Shown here in pieces: positions 11,144-32,600 of a stretch of DNA of 64,000 bases. The translations under genes were made by a program, and so were the position numbers. Position 1 is the stretch's first letter, and each line of letters opens with the position of its first letter. The notes beneath the pieces are model-generated. The model did no database searches, was not told the DNA's origin, and saw only the letters and a list, made by a program, of their open reading frames with translations. This DNA comes from the human T2T-CHM13v2.0 reference genome, Homo sapiens. The stretch lies in the NCBI RefSeq assembly GCF_009914755.1, contig NC_060930.1, one strand, 5' to 3'.

Positions 11144-13303
11144 TGATATGGTTTGGGTGTATTCCCACCAAAATCTCATCTTGTATTGTAGTTCCCATAA
11201 TCCCCATGTGTCATGAGAGGGACCCAGTGGGAGGTAATTGAATTATGGCGTTGGTTACCCTATGCTGCTGTTCTTGTGATAGTGAGTTCTCAGGTGATCT
11301 GATGGTTTTATAAGGAGCTTTTCCCTGTTTGTTTGGCATATCTCTCCTGCTGCCTTGTGAAGGAGGACGTGTTTGTTTCCACTTTTGCCATGATTGTAAG
11401 TTTTCTGAGGCCCTCCCAGCCATGTGGAACTGTGAATCAATTAAACCACTTTTCATCATAAATTACCCAGTCTTAAATATTTCTTCATAGCAGGGTGAGA
11501 ATGGCCTAATACAGTAAATTGGCACCAGGTGTGGGGTGCTGCTGTAAAGATACCCAAAAATGTGGAAGCAAGTTTGGAACTGGATAACAGAGCTTGGAAC
11601 AGCTTGGAGGGCTCAGAAGAAGACAAGAAAATGTAGGAAAGTTTGGAGCTTCCTAAAGACTTGCAGGGCTCAGAAGACAGGAAGATGTGGGAAAGTTTGG
11701 AACTTGCTAGAGACTTCTTGAATGGCTTTGACTGAAATGCTGATAGTAAGATGGACAATGAAGTCCAGGCTGAGGTGATGTCAGATGGAGAAGGGAACTT
11801 GTTGGGAACTGGAGTAAAGATGAGTCTTGCTATGCAAAAAGACTGGCATTTTGCCCCTACCAGAGAGATGTGTGGAACTTTGAATTTGAGAAAGATGATT
11901 TAGGGTGTCTGGTGGAATAAATTTCTAAGCGGCAAAGCATTCAAGAGGAAGCAGAGCATAAAAGTTTGGAAAATTTGTAGCCTGAAGATTTGATAGGAAA
12001 GAAAACCCCATTTCTGGGGAGAAATTCAAGGTCTTCTGCAGAAATTTGCATAAGTAACAAGGAGCTGAATGTTAATTACCAAGGCCATGGGGAAAATATC
12101 TCCTGGGCATATCAGAGAACCTCAATGCAGCCCCTCTCATCACATGCCTAGAGGCCGAGGAGGGAAAAATGGTTTCATGGGCCAGGCTCAGGACCCTCCT
12201 GCTGTGTGCAGCCTTAGAACGTGGTGCCCTGCATTCCAGCTGCTTCAGCTCCAGCTCTGGATAAAAGGGGCCAGCATACAGCTCAGGCCATTGCTTCAGA
12301 GAGTACAAACCTCAAGCCTTGGTGGTTTACACGTGGGTGCAAAGAAGTCAAAAACTGAGGTTTGAGAACCTCCTCCTAGATTTCAGAGGATGTATGGAAA
12401 TGCCTGGATGTCCAGGCAGAAGTTTGCTGTAGAGGCAGAGCCCTCATGGAGAACCACTACCAGGGCAGTGCAGATGGGAAATGTGTGGTTGGAGCTCCCA
12501 CACAGAGTCCCCACTGGGGTATTGACGAGTGGAGCTGTGAGAAGAGGGCCATCATCCCTAGAATGGTAGATCCACTGACAGCTTGCACTTTGTGCCTGGA
12601 AAAGCCACAGACACTCAATGCCAGCCCAAGAAAGCAGCCAGGAGGGGTGCTGTTCCCTGCAAAGCCACAGGGCTGGCCACTTTCTCCCATTTAAAATGGA
12701 TGTATTTACCCAATACCTCTATCCTCATTATATCTGGAAAGTAACTAACTTGCTTTTGATTTTACAGGCTCATAGACAGAAGAGACTTCTTGCCTTGTCC
12801 CAGATGACACTTTGGACTTGGACTTTTGGGTTAATGTGGGAATGAGTTAAGACTTTGCAAGACTGTTGGGAAGGCATGATTGTGTTTTGAAATGTGAGAA
12901 AATGAGATTTGGGAGGGATTGGGGTTGAATAATATGGTTTGGCTGTGTCCCCATCCAAATCTCATCTTGAATTTTAGTTTCCATAATTCCCACATTTCTG
13001 AGGGACCTCATGGGAGATAATTGAATCACGGGGGCAGTTATGCCCATGCAGCTGTTCTTGTGATAGTCAGTGAATTCTCAAGAGATCTGATTGTTTTATA
13101 AGGGGTTTTTCCCTCTTTGCTTGGCATTTCTTTCTCCTGCTGCCTTGTGAAGAAGGATGTGTTTACTTCCCCTTTTGTCATGATTGTAAGTTTCCTGAGG
13201 CCTTCCAAGCCATGTGGAACTGTAAATCAATTAAACCTCTTTTCATTTTAAATCACCCCGTCTTGGGTATGTCTTCATAACATTGTGAGAAAAGATTAAT
13301 ACA
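11144..13303 (+). mobile_element. THE1C-type MaLR element: LTR 11144-11513, internal 11514-12929, LTR 12930-13303
   Basis: Two LTRs T(G/A)ATATGGTTTGG...TAATACA; PBS-like TGGCACCAG at 11520; perfect 5-bp TSD CTGCC (11139-11143 / 13304-13308). Confidence 0.95.
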
Positions 13304-13960
13304 CTGCCTATGATTGCTCATATTTCAGAGCCAAGTTAGAGGAAAAGGGGGCCCAAGTCTCACAGTTGTGTATGTTGTATCCTCTAGTTTAATCTTCCCA
13401 ATTCTTACACTTCAGAACTGCACCCCCCGCTTACCTGTGCCCAGGCAAGTCCTGATTCTAGAATTTTTTGATTTAGCTAATTTAAATATTATAATTTACC
13501 TGAGTTTTTTGTCAGATAGGGGTGGGTATTTGCCAGCCTTCAGAATTCAGTGGGAAATATACTGGTCTATCTGCTTCCTTTATAAACACTTAGCAGAATT
13601 TCTGCTCTTCATTTTAACTTTTTAAGGGTATTTGGAGGCTTTTATAGTTTCTCTTGTGACAATCACTTATATACCCACCAGCTCTGTTTTTTAGTTTTGG
13701 AAATTTTGTTGATATCTTTTGTCTACTCATATTGCTACTCTTGTTTCCTTTGAACCCTTGAATTTAAGTTAAAGGCAATTGTGTGTGTGTATGTGTGTGT
13801 GTTTTTCAAATCCTTCAAATTATTTAACAGAGATATCAAGAGAAAGCAGAGGTAATATCTTTTCAATCCACCATAAAGTCATAAATGTGTCTATTCATTT
13901 CTGTCACAATTTTTCATAAGCTATTTGATGTTACTTTCTGCTTTTTAAAAAAATTAACTT

Positions 13961-17620
<3,660 letters not shown>

Positions 17621-17836
17621 ATAAATAACTTTATTGGGGTATGATTAACATATAAATAGCAGTTCATACTTAATATATGCCTCTCAATGAGTCCACATCT
17701 GTGAAATTTTCACCACCATCAAAGCCAGGTACATATTAATCACCTTCTGTAGATCCCCCCGACCCCTTTTTAAATTATTTTTTTCTTTGTGTTTAGAACA
17801 TTTAACATAAGATATACCCTCTTAGCAAATGTTAAG

Positions 17837-18005
17837 TTATATGGTTTGGCTCTGTGTCCTCACTGAAATCTCATGTCAAATTGTAATCCTCAATGTTGGA
17901 GAAGGGTCCTGGTGGGGTGTGATCTAATTAAACCTCCTTTTTTATGTATATAAAGTACTCAGTCTCAGGTAGTTCTTTATAGCAATGTGAAAATGGACTA
18001 ATGCA
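17837..18005 (+). mobile_element. MSTA-like solo LTR with a large internal deletion
   Basis: LTR start TTATATGGTTTGGCTCTGTGTCC joined to LTR end AATTAAACCTC...AATGGACTAATGCA; perfect TSD TTAAG (17832-17836 / 18006-18010). Confidence 0.88.
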
Positions 18006-21000
18006 TTAAGTATACAACATGGTATTCTTAGCTATAGGCACTAAGCTTTATATTAGAGCTACAGAATTTATCTTATATAACTAAAATTTTGTACCCTTTA
18101 ACTGTCATCTCCCAATTGCCCCCTTCCCCAAATCTTTGGCAACCACCATTTTACGCTGTACTTCTGTGAGTTTGAATATTTTAGATTTCACATATAAATT
18201 ATATTATACAGTAATTGTTTTTCTATGTCTGGCTTATTTCACTTAACATAATGTTCTCTAGATCTATTCATATTTTTACAAATGTCACAAAAGTCAGGAT
18301 TTCCTTTTTCTTTTTAAAAGCTAAATAATATTCTATTGCATATTGTGTCTACATATTGTATATTGTGTGTTCTACAGTGTCTTTATCTATTTATCCACTG
18401 ATTGATATTTAAGCTGTTTCCATATCTTGATTATTGTGAATAATGCTGCAATAAGCATGGGGGAGCAGATTTCTCTTCAAGATAGTAATTTTATTTTTAT
18501 TTTTGGGTAAGTACCTGAAAGTAAGATTACTGAATCATATAGTAGTTCTACTTTTAATTTTTTAAGGAACTCCATACTTTTTTGCATGATGCTTATAACA
18601 ATTTACATTCCTGCCAACAGTGTACAAGGGTTCCCTTTTTCCACATCCTCATCAATACTTTTTATCTTTTGTCTTTTTATAATAACCAATCTAATAGGCG
18701 TGAGATGATATCTTATTGTGGTTTTGATTGCATCTTTCTGATGATTAGTGATGTCGAGCAACTAGTGATGTTGATCTTTTGCATGTCTTCTTTAGATAAG
18801 TTTCTATTCAGATTCTTTGTTCATTTTAAAATCAGGTTATTTGGTATGTTTGCTATTGGGTTGTATGACTTCCATACATATTTTTAATATTAACTCATCA
18901 TCAGATGTGTGGTTTGTGAACACTTTATCCCATTCTGTAGGTTGTCTCTTCACTCTGTTGATTCCTTTGCTGTGAAGAAGCTTTTTAGATGGATGTAATC
19001 ACATTTGTTTATTTTTTGCTTTTATTGCCTGTACTTTTGGTGTTGAATCCAGAAAATCATTGCTAGGAATGTCAAGGAGTGTTTTTTCTATGTATTCTTC
19101 TAGAAGTTTATGATTTTATGTCTTACAATTAAGTCTTTAATCCATTTTGAGTTGACTTTTGTGTATGGTGTAAGATATGAATTCAATTTTATTTTTTTGC
19201 ATGCACATAACCAGGTTTCTCAGCACCATTTACTGAAGAGATTATCCTTGCTCCATTGCATATTCTTAGTGCCCTTGTCAAAGATTAGTTGATCAGATAT
19301 GTGAAGGTTTATGTCTGGGCTCTCTATTCTGTTTCATTCATCTATGTCCATGTTTTTATAACAGTATCACACTGTTTTCATTATCATAGCTTTGTAACAT
19401 AATTTGGAATCAGAAAGTGAGGTGCCTATAGCTTCGTTTTTTCTCGATAATACTGCTTTTGCTATTCTGTATCTTTTGTGATTCCATATGAAGGTTAACA
19501 TTATTTTTACTATTTCTGTGAAAAAGGCCATTGTAATTTTGATAGGAATTGCATTGACTCTCTAGATCACTTTGTGTGGCCATTTTAACAATATCAATTC
19601 TTCCAATCTATGAACGTGGGATATCTTTCCATGTATTTTTGTTTAATTTCTTTCATCAGTGCTTTATAGTTTTTCAGCATACAGATCTTACACTTCTTTG
19701 GTTAAATTTATACCTAAGTGTTTTTATACCATTGTAAAAAATTGTTTTCTTAATTTCTTTTTCAGATAGTTCATTAGCATATAGAATCATAACTGATTTT
19801 TGTATGTTGATTTTGTATTCTGCAAGTTTACTAAATTCACTCATTTAAAATAGTTTTTTGGTGGATTCTTTAGGGTTTTCTTTATATAAGATCATGTCAT
19901 CTACAAACAGAGGGAGTTTCACTTCTTCTATTCTAATGTTGGCGGCTTTTGTTTCCTTTTTTGGGATACTTGCTCTGACTAAAACTTCCAGTACCATGTT
20001 GAATAGAAGTGGTGAGATTGGGCATCATTATCTTATTCTTGAACTTAGAGGAAAGCTTTCAAATTTTCACCTTTGGGTATAATGTTAGCTGTGGATTTCC
20101 CATACATAAACTTTATTATATTGAGGCACTTTCTTTCTATATCTAATTGGTTGAGAGTTTTTGTCATGAAAGTTGTTGAATTTTGTTGCATGCCTTTTCT
20201 GCATATATTAAGATAATCATATGTTTCTTATCCTTCATTCTGTTGTTGCAGTCTATGACATTTATTAATTTGTGTATGTTGAATAATCTTTGCATCTGGG
20301 GGATAAATGCCACCTGATCATGGTGTATGATCCTTTTAATGTGCTACTGAATTTGGTTTGTCAGTGGTTAGTTGAGAATTTTTGCATCTATGCTCATCAG
20401 GGGTATTGGCTTGTAGTTTTCTTTTCTTGTAATGTGCTTATCTGGGTTTGGTATCAGGGCAATGCTGGCCTTGTGTTATCAGTTTCAAAGTCTTCTCACT
20501 TCTAATTTTTTTAAAGAGTTTGAGCAGCATTGACACTAAGTCTTTAAATGTTGTTAGAACTCAACTGTGAAGCCAACAGATCCTAGTCTTTCTTTTCAAA
20601 GGGAATTTTTTTTAAAATGACTGATTTAGTCTTCTTACTTGTTATTGGTCCATTCAGGTTTTCTATTTCTTCATAGTTCAGTCTTAGGAACTTGGATGTT
20701 TCTAAGAATGATCCATCTCTTCTAGATTATGTACCTTTTTGATGTATAATTATAATCTCTTCTATTCCTTTGTGTTTCTATGGCATTGGTTGTAATACCT
20801 CCTCTCTTATTTATAATTTTATTTATTTGAGTCTTCTGTTTTTTTCCCTTAGTTTAGCTAAGAATTTGTCTATTTTGCTCACCTTTTCAAAAAACAAAGT
20901 ATTAGTTTCATTGATCATTTCTGTTTTTCTAGCCTCTATCTCGTTTCTTTCTGCTTTTAACTTTATTATTTTCTTCTTTTTGCTAATTGTGAGCTTAGTT

Positions 21001-22425
21001 TGTTCTTCTTTATCTTCTTCCATAAGGTATAACAGGTTGTTTATTTGTGATCATTCTTTTTTCTTAATGTATGTTGTTATTGCTATAAACTTCTTAGAAC
21101 TGCTTTTGCTGTATCCCATAAGTTTTGGTATATGTGTTGCCATTTTTATTTGTCTCAAGATATTTTTTGATTTTTTCTTTCACTGTTTGTTTAGTAGAGT
21201 GTTGCTTAATTTCTACATATTTGTGAAATTTTCCAGTTTGTCTCCTGTTATTGATTTCTAGTTTCATAACACTGTGGTCAGAAAAGATACTTGGTATAAT
21301 TTTGACCTTAAATTTGTTAGGACTGATTTTGTGGCCTGCCGTATGATCTATTCCAGAGAATATTCCATGTGTTCTTGAGAAGAATGTGTACTCTTCTGTT
21401 GGATGGACTGTTCTGTGTATGTTCTTTGGGTCCATTTCCTCTATAGTGCTGCTCATGTTTACTGCTTTCTTATTGATTTTCTGTCTGGATGATCTACCTA
21501 TTGTTGAAAGTGGGGTATTTAAGTCCCCTACTATTATTGTATTGCTGTCTATCTTTCCCTTCAGTTTGGTTAATATTTACTTTACATATCTAGGTACTCC
21601 AATATTGGCTGCCTATTTATTTACAATTGTTATGCCTTCTTGATAAATTGCTTTATCATTATTTAATGACTTTCTTTGTTCCTTATGACAGTTTTCACTT
21701 AAAGTCTATTTTGTCTTATATAAGTATAGTCACCCCTGCTCTCTTTTGGTTTCTATTTGATTTACTATCTTTATTCATCTTTTCACTTTCAGTCTATGCA
21801 TGTTCTTAAATATAAAGTGAGTCTGTTATGGGTTATATATGTTGGATCTTGTTTTTATTCATTCGGTCGCTATGCCTTTTGATTGGAGAATTTAATACAC
21901 TTACATTTAAATTAATTATTCATAGGTAAGGCCTTACTATTGCCATTTTGTTCTTTTCTGGCTATTTTGTAGTTCCTTTGTTTTATTTCTTCTTTTCTTG
22001 CTGTCTTGATGATTTAATAATTTTTTTGCAGTGCAGTGGTATGCTTTGATTACTTTCTTTTTATTTTTTGTGTGTCTACTAAAACTTTTTTCTTTGTGAT
22101 TATTAGGAAGTTTACATAAAACATCTATAGTTACAGCAGCTTATTTTAGGTTGATAACAATTTAATACTGATAGCATATAAAACATGAAACTCTACACTT
22201 CCTTGCTCTCCATGTCCACCACATGATACTTTAAGTTCTAGGGTACATGTGGAAAACGAGCAGGTTTGTTACACAGGTATACATGTGCCATGTTGGCTTG
22301 CTGCGCCCATCAACTTGTCATTTACATTAGGTATTTCTCCTAATGCTATCCCTCCTCCAGGCCCCCGCCCCCACCAGGCCCCAGGGTGTGATGTTCCCTG
22401 CCTAGTGTCCATGTGTTCTCATTGT

Positions 22426-26321
<3,896 letters not shown>

Positions 26322-26416
26322 TATGATGTTATGTGTGAATTTGATCCTCTCACTATGATGTTAGCTGGTTATTTTGCCCATTAATTGATGCAGTTTCTTC
26401 CTAGCATCAATGGCCT

Positions 26417-27438
26417 TTACAATTTGGCATGTTTTTGCAGTTGCTGGTACTGGTTTTTCTTTTCCATGTTTAGTGCTTCCTTCAGGAGCTCTTGTAAGGC
26501 AGGCCTGGTGGTGACAAAATCTCTCAGCAATTGCGTGTCTCTAAAGGATTTTATTTCTCTTTCACTTATGAAGCTTTGTTTGGCTGGATATGAGATTCTG
26601 GGTTGAAAATTATTTTCTTTAAGAATCTTGAATACTGGCCCCCACATTCTTCTTGCTTATCGGGTTTCTGCTGAGAGATCCACTGTTAGTCTGATGGGCT
26701 TCCCTTTGTGGGTAACCCGACCTTTCTCTCTGGCTGCCCTTAACATTGTTTCCTTCATTTCAACCTTGGTGAATCTGACGATTATGTGTGTTCGAGTTGC
26801 TCTTCTCAAGGAGTATCTTTGTGGTGTTCTCTATATTTCCTGAATTTGAATGTTGGCCTGCCCTGCTAGTTTGGAGTTCTGCTGTATAATATACTGAAAA
26901 ATGTTTTCTAACTTGGTTCCATTCTCCCTGTCACTTTCAGGTACACCAATCAAATGTAGATTTGGTCTTTTCACATAGTCCCATATTTCTTGGAGGCTTT
27001 GTTCATTTCTTTCTACTCTTTTCTCTAATCTTGTCTTCTCACTTTATTTCATTAATTTGGTCTTCAATCACTGATATTCTTTCTTCCACTTGATCGAATC
27101 AGCTATCGAAGCTTGTGCATGCATCATGAAGTTCTCTTGCTGTGATTTTCAGCTCCATCAGGTCATTTAAGTTCTTCTCTACACTGTTTATTCTAGTTAG
27201 CCATTCGTCTAACCTTTTTTCAAGGTTTTTAGCTTCCTTGCAATGGGTTTAGAACATGCTCCTTTAGCTTGGAGAAGTTTGTTATTACTGACCTTCTGAA
27301 GCCTACTTCTGTCAACTTGTCACAGTCATTCTCCATCCAGTTTTGTTCCATTGCTGGTGAGGAGTTGTGATCCTTTGCAGGAGAAGAGGTGCTCTGGTTT
27401 TTGGAATTTTCTGCTTTTCTCCTATGGTTTCTTCCCAT
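26417..27438 (-). pseudogene. L1 ORF1 remnant
   Basis: MGRNHRRKAENSKNQS... to ...FQPRISYPAK...RPALQELLKEALNME...HAKL; frameshifted. Confidence 0.92.
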
Positions 27439-28512
27439 CTTTGTGGTTTTATCTACCTTTGGTCTTTGATGTTGGTGACCTACAGATGGGTTTTTTGTGT
27501 GGATGTCCCTTTTGTTGATGTTGATGCTGGTCCTTTCTGTTTGTTAGTTTTCCTTCTAACAGGCCCCTCAGCTGCAGGTCTGTTGGAGTTTGCTGGAGGT
27601 CCACTCCAGATCCTGTTTGCCTAGGTATCACCAGCAGAGGCTGCAGAACAGCAAGTATTGCAGAAGAGAAAATATTGCTGCCTGATCCTTCCTCTGGAAG
27701 CTTCATCCCAGAGGGGGACCTGCCTGTATGAGGTGTCTATCAGCCCCTACTGGGAGGTGTCTCCCAGTCAGGCTACATGGGGTCAGGGACCCACTTGAGG
27801 AGGCATTCTGTCTGTTCTCAGAGCTCAAACGCTGTGCTGGGAGAACCACTACTCTCTTCAGAGCTGTCAGACAGGGACGTTAAAGTCTGCAGAAGTAGTC
27901 TGCTGGCTTTTGCTCAGCTATACCCTGCCCACAGAGGTGGAGTCTATAGAGGCAGTAGGCCTTGCTGAGATGTGTTGGGCTCTGCCCAGTTCCATCTTCC
28001 TGGCCACCTTGTTTACCTACTCAAGTCTCAGAAATGGTGGACGCCCCTCCCCCCATCAGGCTGCAGCCTCGCAGGTTGATCTCAGACTGCTGCGCTAGCA
28101 GTGAGCAAGGCTCTGTGGGCGTGTGACCCACTAAGCCAGGCACGGGAGGGAATCTCCTGGTTTGCCGGTTGCTAAGACCATTGAAAAGCGCAGTGTTTAG
28201 GCAGAAGTGTATCAGTTTTCCAGTCTGTCACAGCTTCCTTGGTTAGGAAAGGGAAATCCCCCGACCCCTTCAACTTCCCGGGTGAGGTGAGGCCTTGCCC
28301 TGCTTTGGCTCAGCCTCTGTGGGCTGCACCCACTGTCCAGCCAGTCCCAGTGAGATGAACAAGGTACCTCAGTTGGAAATGCAGAAATTGCCTGTCTTCT
28401 GCATCAATCTCACTGGGAGCTGCAGACCGGAGCTCTTCCTATTTGGCCATCTTGGAAGCAACAATCAAGAATCCATGTCCACCACATTTTATACTATTGG
28501 TCACAGTTTACA

Positions 28513-28814
<302 letters not shown>

Positions 28815-29666
28815 ATAGTTTATATTTTTTACACTATTCATCTATTAACAAATTATTGTAGTTATAATTAGTTTCAACACTTTTGTCTTTTAACTTTTAT
28901 TATAGAGTTAAAAGTGATTTACATACTATCATTACAGTATTAGAGTTTTTTGAATTTGACTATATACTTACCTTCATCCATGAGTTGTATACCTTCAAAT
29001 ATTTTTATGTTGCTAATTAATGTTCTTTAGCTTTAACTTGAATAATTCCCTTTAATATTGTTTTGTATGGCAGGCCTGGTGTGACCAACTCCTTCAGCTT
29101 TTGTCTGGCAAAGTCTTTATTTCTTCTTAATTTCTGATCAACAGTTTTGCTAGATATAGTTATTTGGGTTGGCAGGTTTTTACTTTCAATTTTTTGAGTA
29201 TGTAATCTAACTTTCTCCTGACCTGCAGGGTAATCTGCTGACAGTCTTATGAAGGTTCCCTTGAATGTGGCAAATAGCTTTTTACTCACTGCTTTCAAAA
29301 TTTTCTGTTTTTGATTTTTGACAGTTTGATTATAATGTGACTCAGTGAAGACCTCTTTATTCTCAACCTATTTGGAGTTCTTTGGACTTCATGCATCTGG
29401 ATGTTCATTTCCCTACCCAGATTTTGGATATTTTCTGTCATTATTTCTTTAAATTAGTTTTCTAACCCATCTTCCTTCTCTGCTCCTCTGCAACTCTTAT
29501 AATGATATATAATTACTTGATGGTGCCCTATAAATCCCGAGGGCTTTCTTTACTCCTTTTTAAAAAGATAGTATATCAAAGACTTATCAATCTCTCACAA
29601 ACATATTAGCAAAAAAAAGTTAATAAATTTAAGCTCACCGTAAGTATGTATTCCACTCTCAACATC

Positions 29667-32600
29667 TTTTTTTAAACTATTAAGTTCAGGCATACATGTG
29701 CAGGTTTGTTATATAGGTAAACTTATGTCATGGAGGTTTGTTTTACATATTATTTCATCATTCACATATTAAGTCCAGAACCCATTAGTTATTTTTCTTA
29801 GTCCTCTTCCTTTTCCCACCCTCCACTCTTTGATAGGCTCCAGTGTGTGTTGTTCTCCTCTATGTGTCCATATGTTTTTATCATTTAGCTCTTAATTGTA
29901 AGTGAGAATATATGGTATTTGGATTTGTGTACCTGCATTAGTTTGCTAAGGATAATGGCATCCAACTACATTCATGTTTCTGCAAAGAACATGATATCAT
30001 TCTCGTTATGCCTGCATAGTATTCCATGATGCATATATACTACATTTTCTTTATCCAGTCTACCATTGATGGGCACTTAGATTGATTCCATATCTTTGCT
30101 ATTGTGAATGGTGCTGCAATAAACATATTCATGCATGTTTCTCTATGGTAGAACAGTTTATATTCCTTGAGAGTATATACCCAGTAATGGGGTTGCTGGG
30201 TCATATAGAATTTCTGTTTTTATGTCTTTGAGAAATTGCAACACTGTCTTCCACAATGGTTGAACTAATTTACACTCCTACGAATGTTGCCTAGGCATTC
30301 ATTTTTCTCTGCAACCTTGTCAGCATCTGTTACTTTTTGATTTTTTAATAACAGCCATTCTGACTGATGTGAGATGGTATCTCGTTGTAGTTTGATTTGC
30401 ATTTCTTTAATAATCAGTGATGTTGAGTTTTTCTTCATATGATCATTGGCCACATGTATGTCTTTTTTTTTAAAAGTGTCTGTGTATAATATTTGCCCAC
30501 TTTTTAATGGGGTTATTTGTTTTTTCTTGTAAATTTGTTTAAGTTTCTCATTGATGTTAGTTATTAGACGATTGTCAGATGCTTTGCAAATTTTTTCTCC
30601 CATTCTGTAGGTTGTCCCTTCACTCTATTGATAGCTTCCTTTGCTGTGCAGAAGCTCTTTAGTTTAATTAGATCCCATTTGTCAATTTTGGCTTTTTTTG
30701 CCATTGCTTTGAAATCTTCAGGAAATATTTTTCAGTTCCTATTTCCAGGATGGTATTTTCTAGGTTGCCTTCCAAGGTTTTCATAGTGTTCAGTTTTACA
30801 TTGAAGTCCTTAATCTATCTTAATTTTTGTATGTGGTATAAGGAAGAGATCCAGTTTTAATCTTTTGCATATGGGTAGGCTGTTATCCCAGAATCTTTTG
30901 CCTATTGCTTGTATTTGTCAAAGATCAGATAGTTGTAAGGGTGCAGCCATACTTCTGGGTTCTCTATTCTGTTCTATTGGCCTACATCACTGCTTTTATA
31001 CCAGCACCACGTTGTTTTATTTACTGTAGCCTTGTACAATTTTAAGTCAGGTAACTTGATTTCCAGCCGTGTTCTTTTTGATTAGGATTGACTTGGCTAT
31101 TGGGGCTCTTTATGGTTCCATAGAAATTTTAAAATAGCTTTTTCCTAGTTCTGTAAAAAATGCCAATTGTAGTTTAATAGGAGTAGCATTGAACCTTTAA
31201 ATTGCTTTGGGCTGTTTGGACATTACAAGGATATTGAATCTTCCTATTCGGGAGCATGGAATGTTTTTTCATTGGTTTGTGTCATTCCTGATTTCTTTGA
31301 ACAATGTTTTGTAGTTCTCCTTGTGGATATCTTTCACCACCATCAGTAGTTGTGTTCTTAGGTATTTCTGTGTGTGTGTGTGTGTGTGGCAATTGTGAAT
31401 AGAATTGCATTTCTCATTTGGCTCTCAGTTTGATTCTTGTGTTTGTTTAGAAATGTTAGTGACTTTTGCACATTGCTTTTTTATCCTGAAACTTCAGCAA
31501 AGTTTATCAGCTGAAGGCGCTTTTGGGCCAAGACTATGGGGTTTTCTAGATATCAGGTCATGTTGTTTGCAAACAGGGATGGTTTGACTTCCTCTTTTAC
31601 TATTTGGATGACCTTCATTTCTTTCTTTTGCCTGATTGTCCTAGTCAGAACTTCCAATACTATGTTGAATAGGAGTAGTGAGAGGGCGTCCTCATCTTAC
31701 CTTGAAAGTCCTCCCAGTTTTCAAGGGAAATGCTTCCAGATTTTGCCCATTGAGTATGATGTTGGCTGTGGTTTTGTCATAGATGGTCCTTATTATTTTG
31801 AGATGTTTGTTAAATACCTAATAAATTCAGAGCTTTTAACATGAAGGGGTGTTGAATTTTATCAAAAGCCTTTTCTGAATCTATTGAAATAATCATGTGG
31901 TTTTTGTTTTTAGTTCTATTCATGTGATGAATCACATTTATCAATTTGAGTATGTTGAACCAAACTTGCATCCCAGGGATAAAGCCTACTTGATAAGGCT
32001 TGATAAGCTTTTTGGTGTGTTGCTGGATTCGCCAGGCCAGTATTTGATTGAGGATTTTTGCATCAATGTTCATTAAGGGTATTGGCCTGAACGTTTCTTT
32101 TTTTGTTGCGTCTCTGCCAGGTTTTGGTATCCAGATAATTCTGACCTCATAGAATGAGTTGGGTAGGAGTCCTTCTTTCTCAATTTTTTGGTCTAGTTTC
32201 CATAGGAATGATACCAGCTCTTCTTTGTAAATGTTGTAGAATTCACCTGTGAATCTATGTGGTCCTGGGCTTTTCTTGGTGGGTAGTATAATTGTTATTG
32301 ACTCAATTTCAGAGCTTGTTATTGATCTGTTCAGAAATTCAATTTCTTCCTGGTTCTGTTTTGGGAGGGTGTATTTCTTCAGGATTTTTTTTTATTTCTT
32401 CTAGATTTTACAGTTTATCTGCGTAGAGGTGTTCATGATATTCTCTGAGATGATTTGTATTTCTGTGGGGTCAGTGGGAATATCCCTCTTGTCATTTCTG
32501 ATGGTGTGTATTTGTCTTCTCTCTTTTCTTCTTAGTCTAGCTAGTGGTCTACCTATTTTATTAGTTCTTCCAGAAAACCAGTCCCTGGATTTATTGATCT

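Noticed and set aside
11605-11716. ~55-bp tandem repeat in the THE1 internal region
   Set aside because: As I recall, this is a common feature of THE1C internal sequences and not specific to this locus.
20770-21261. 163-aa hydrophobic ORF resembling a membrane protein
   Set aside because: Antisense reading of A-rich L1 ORF2.
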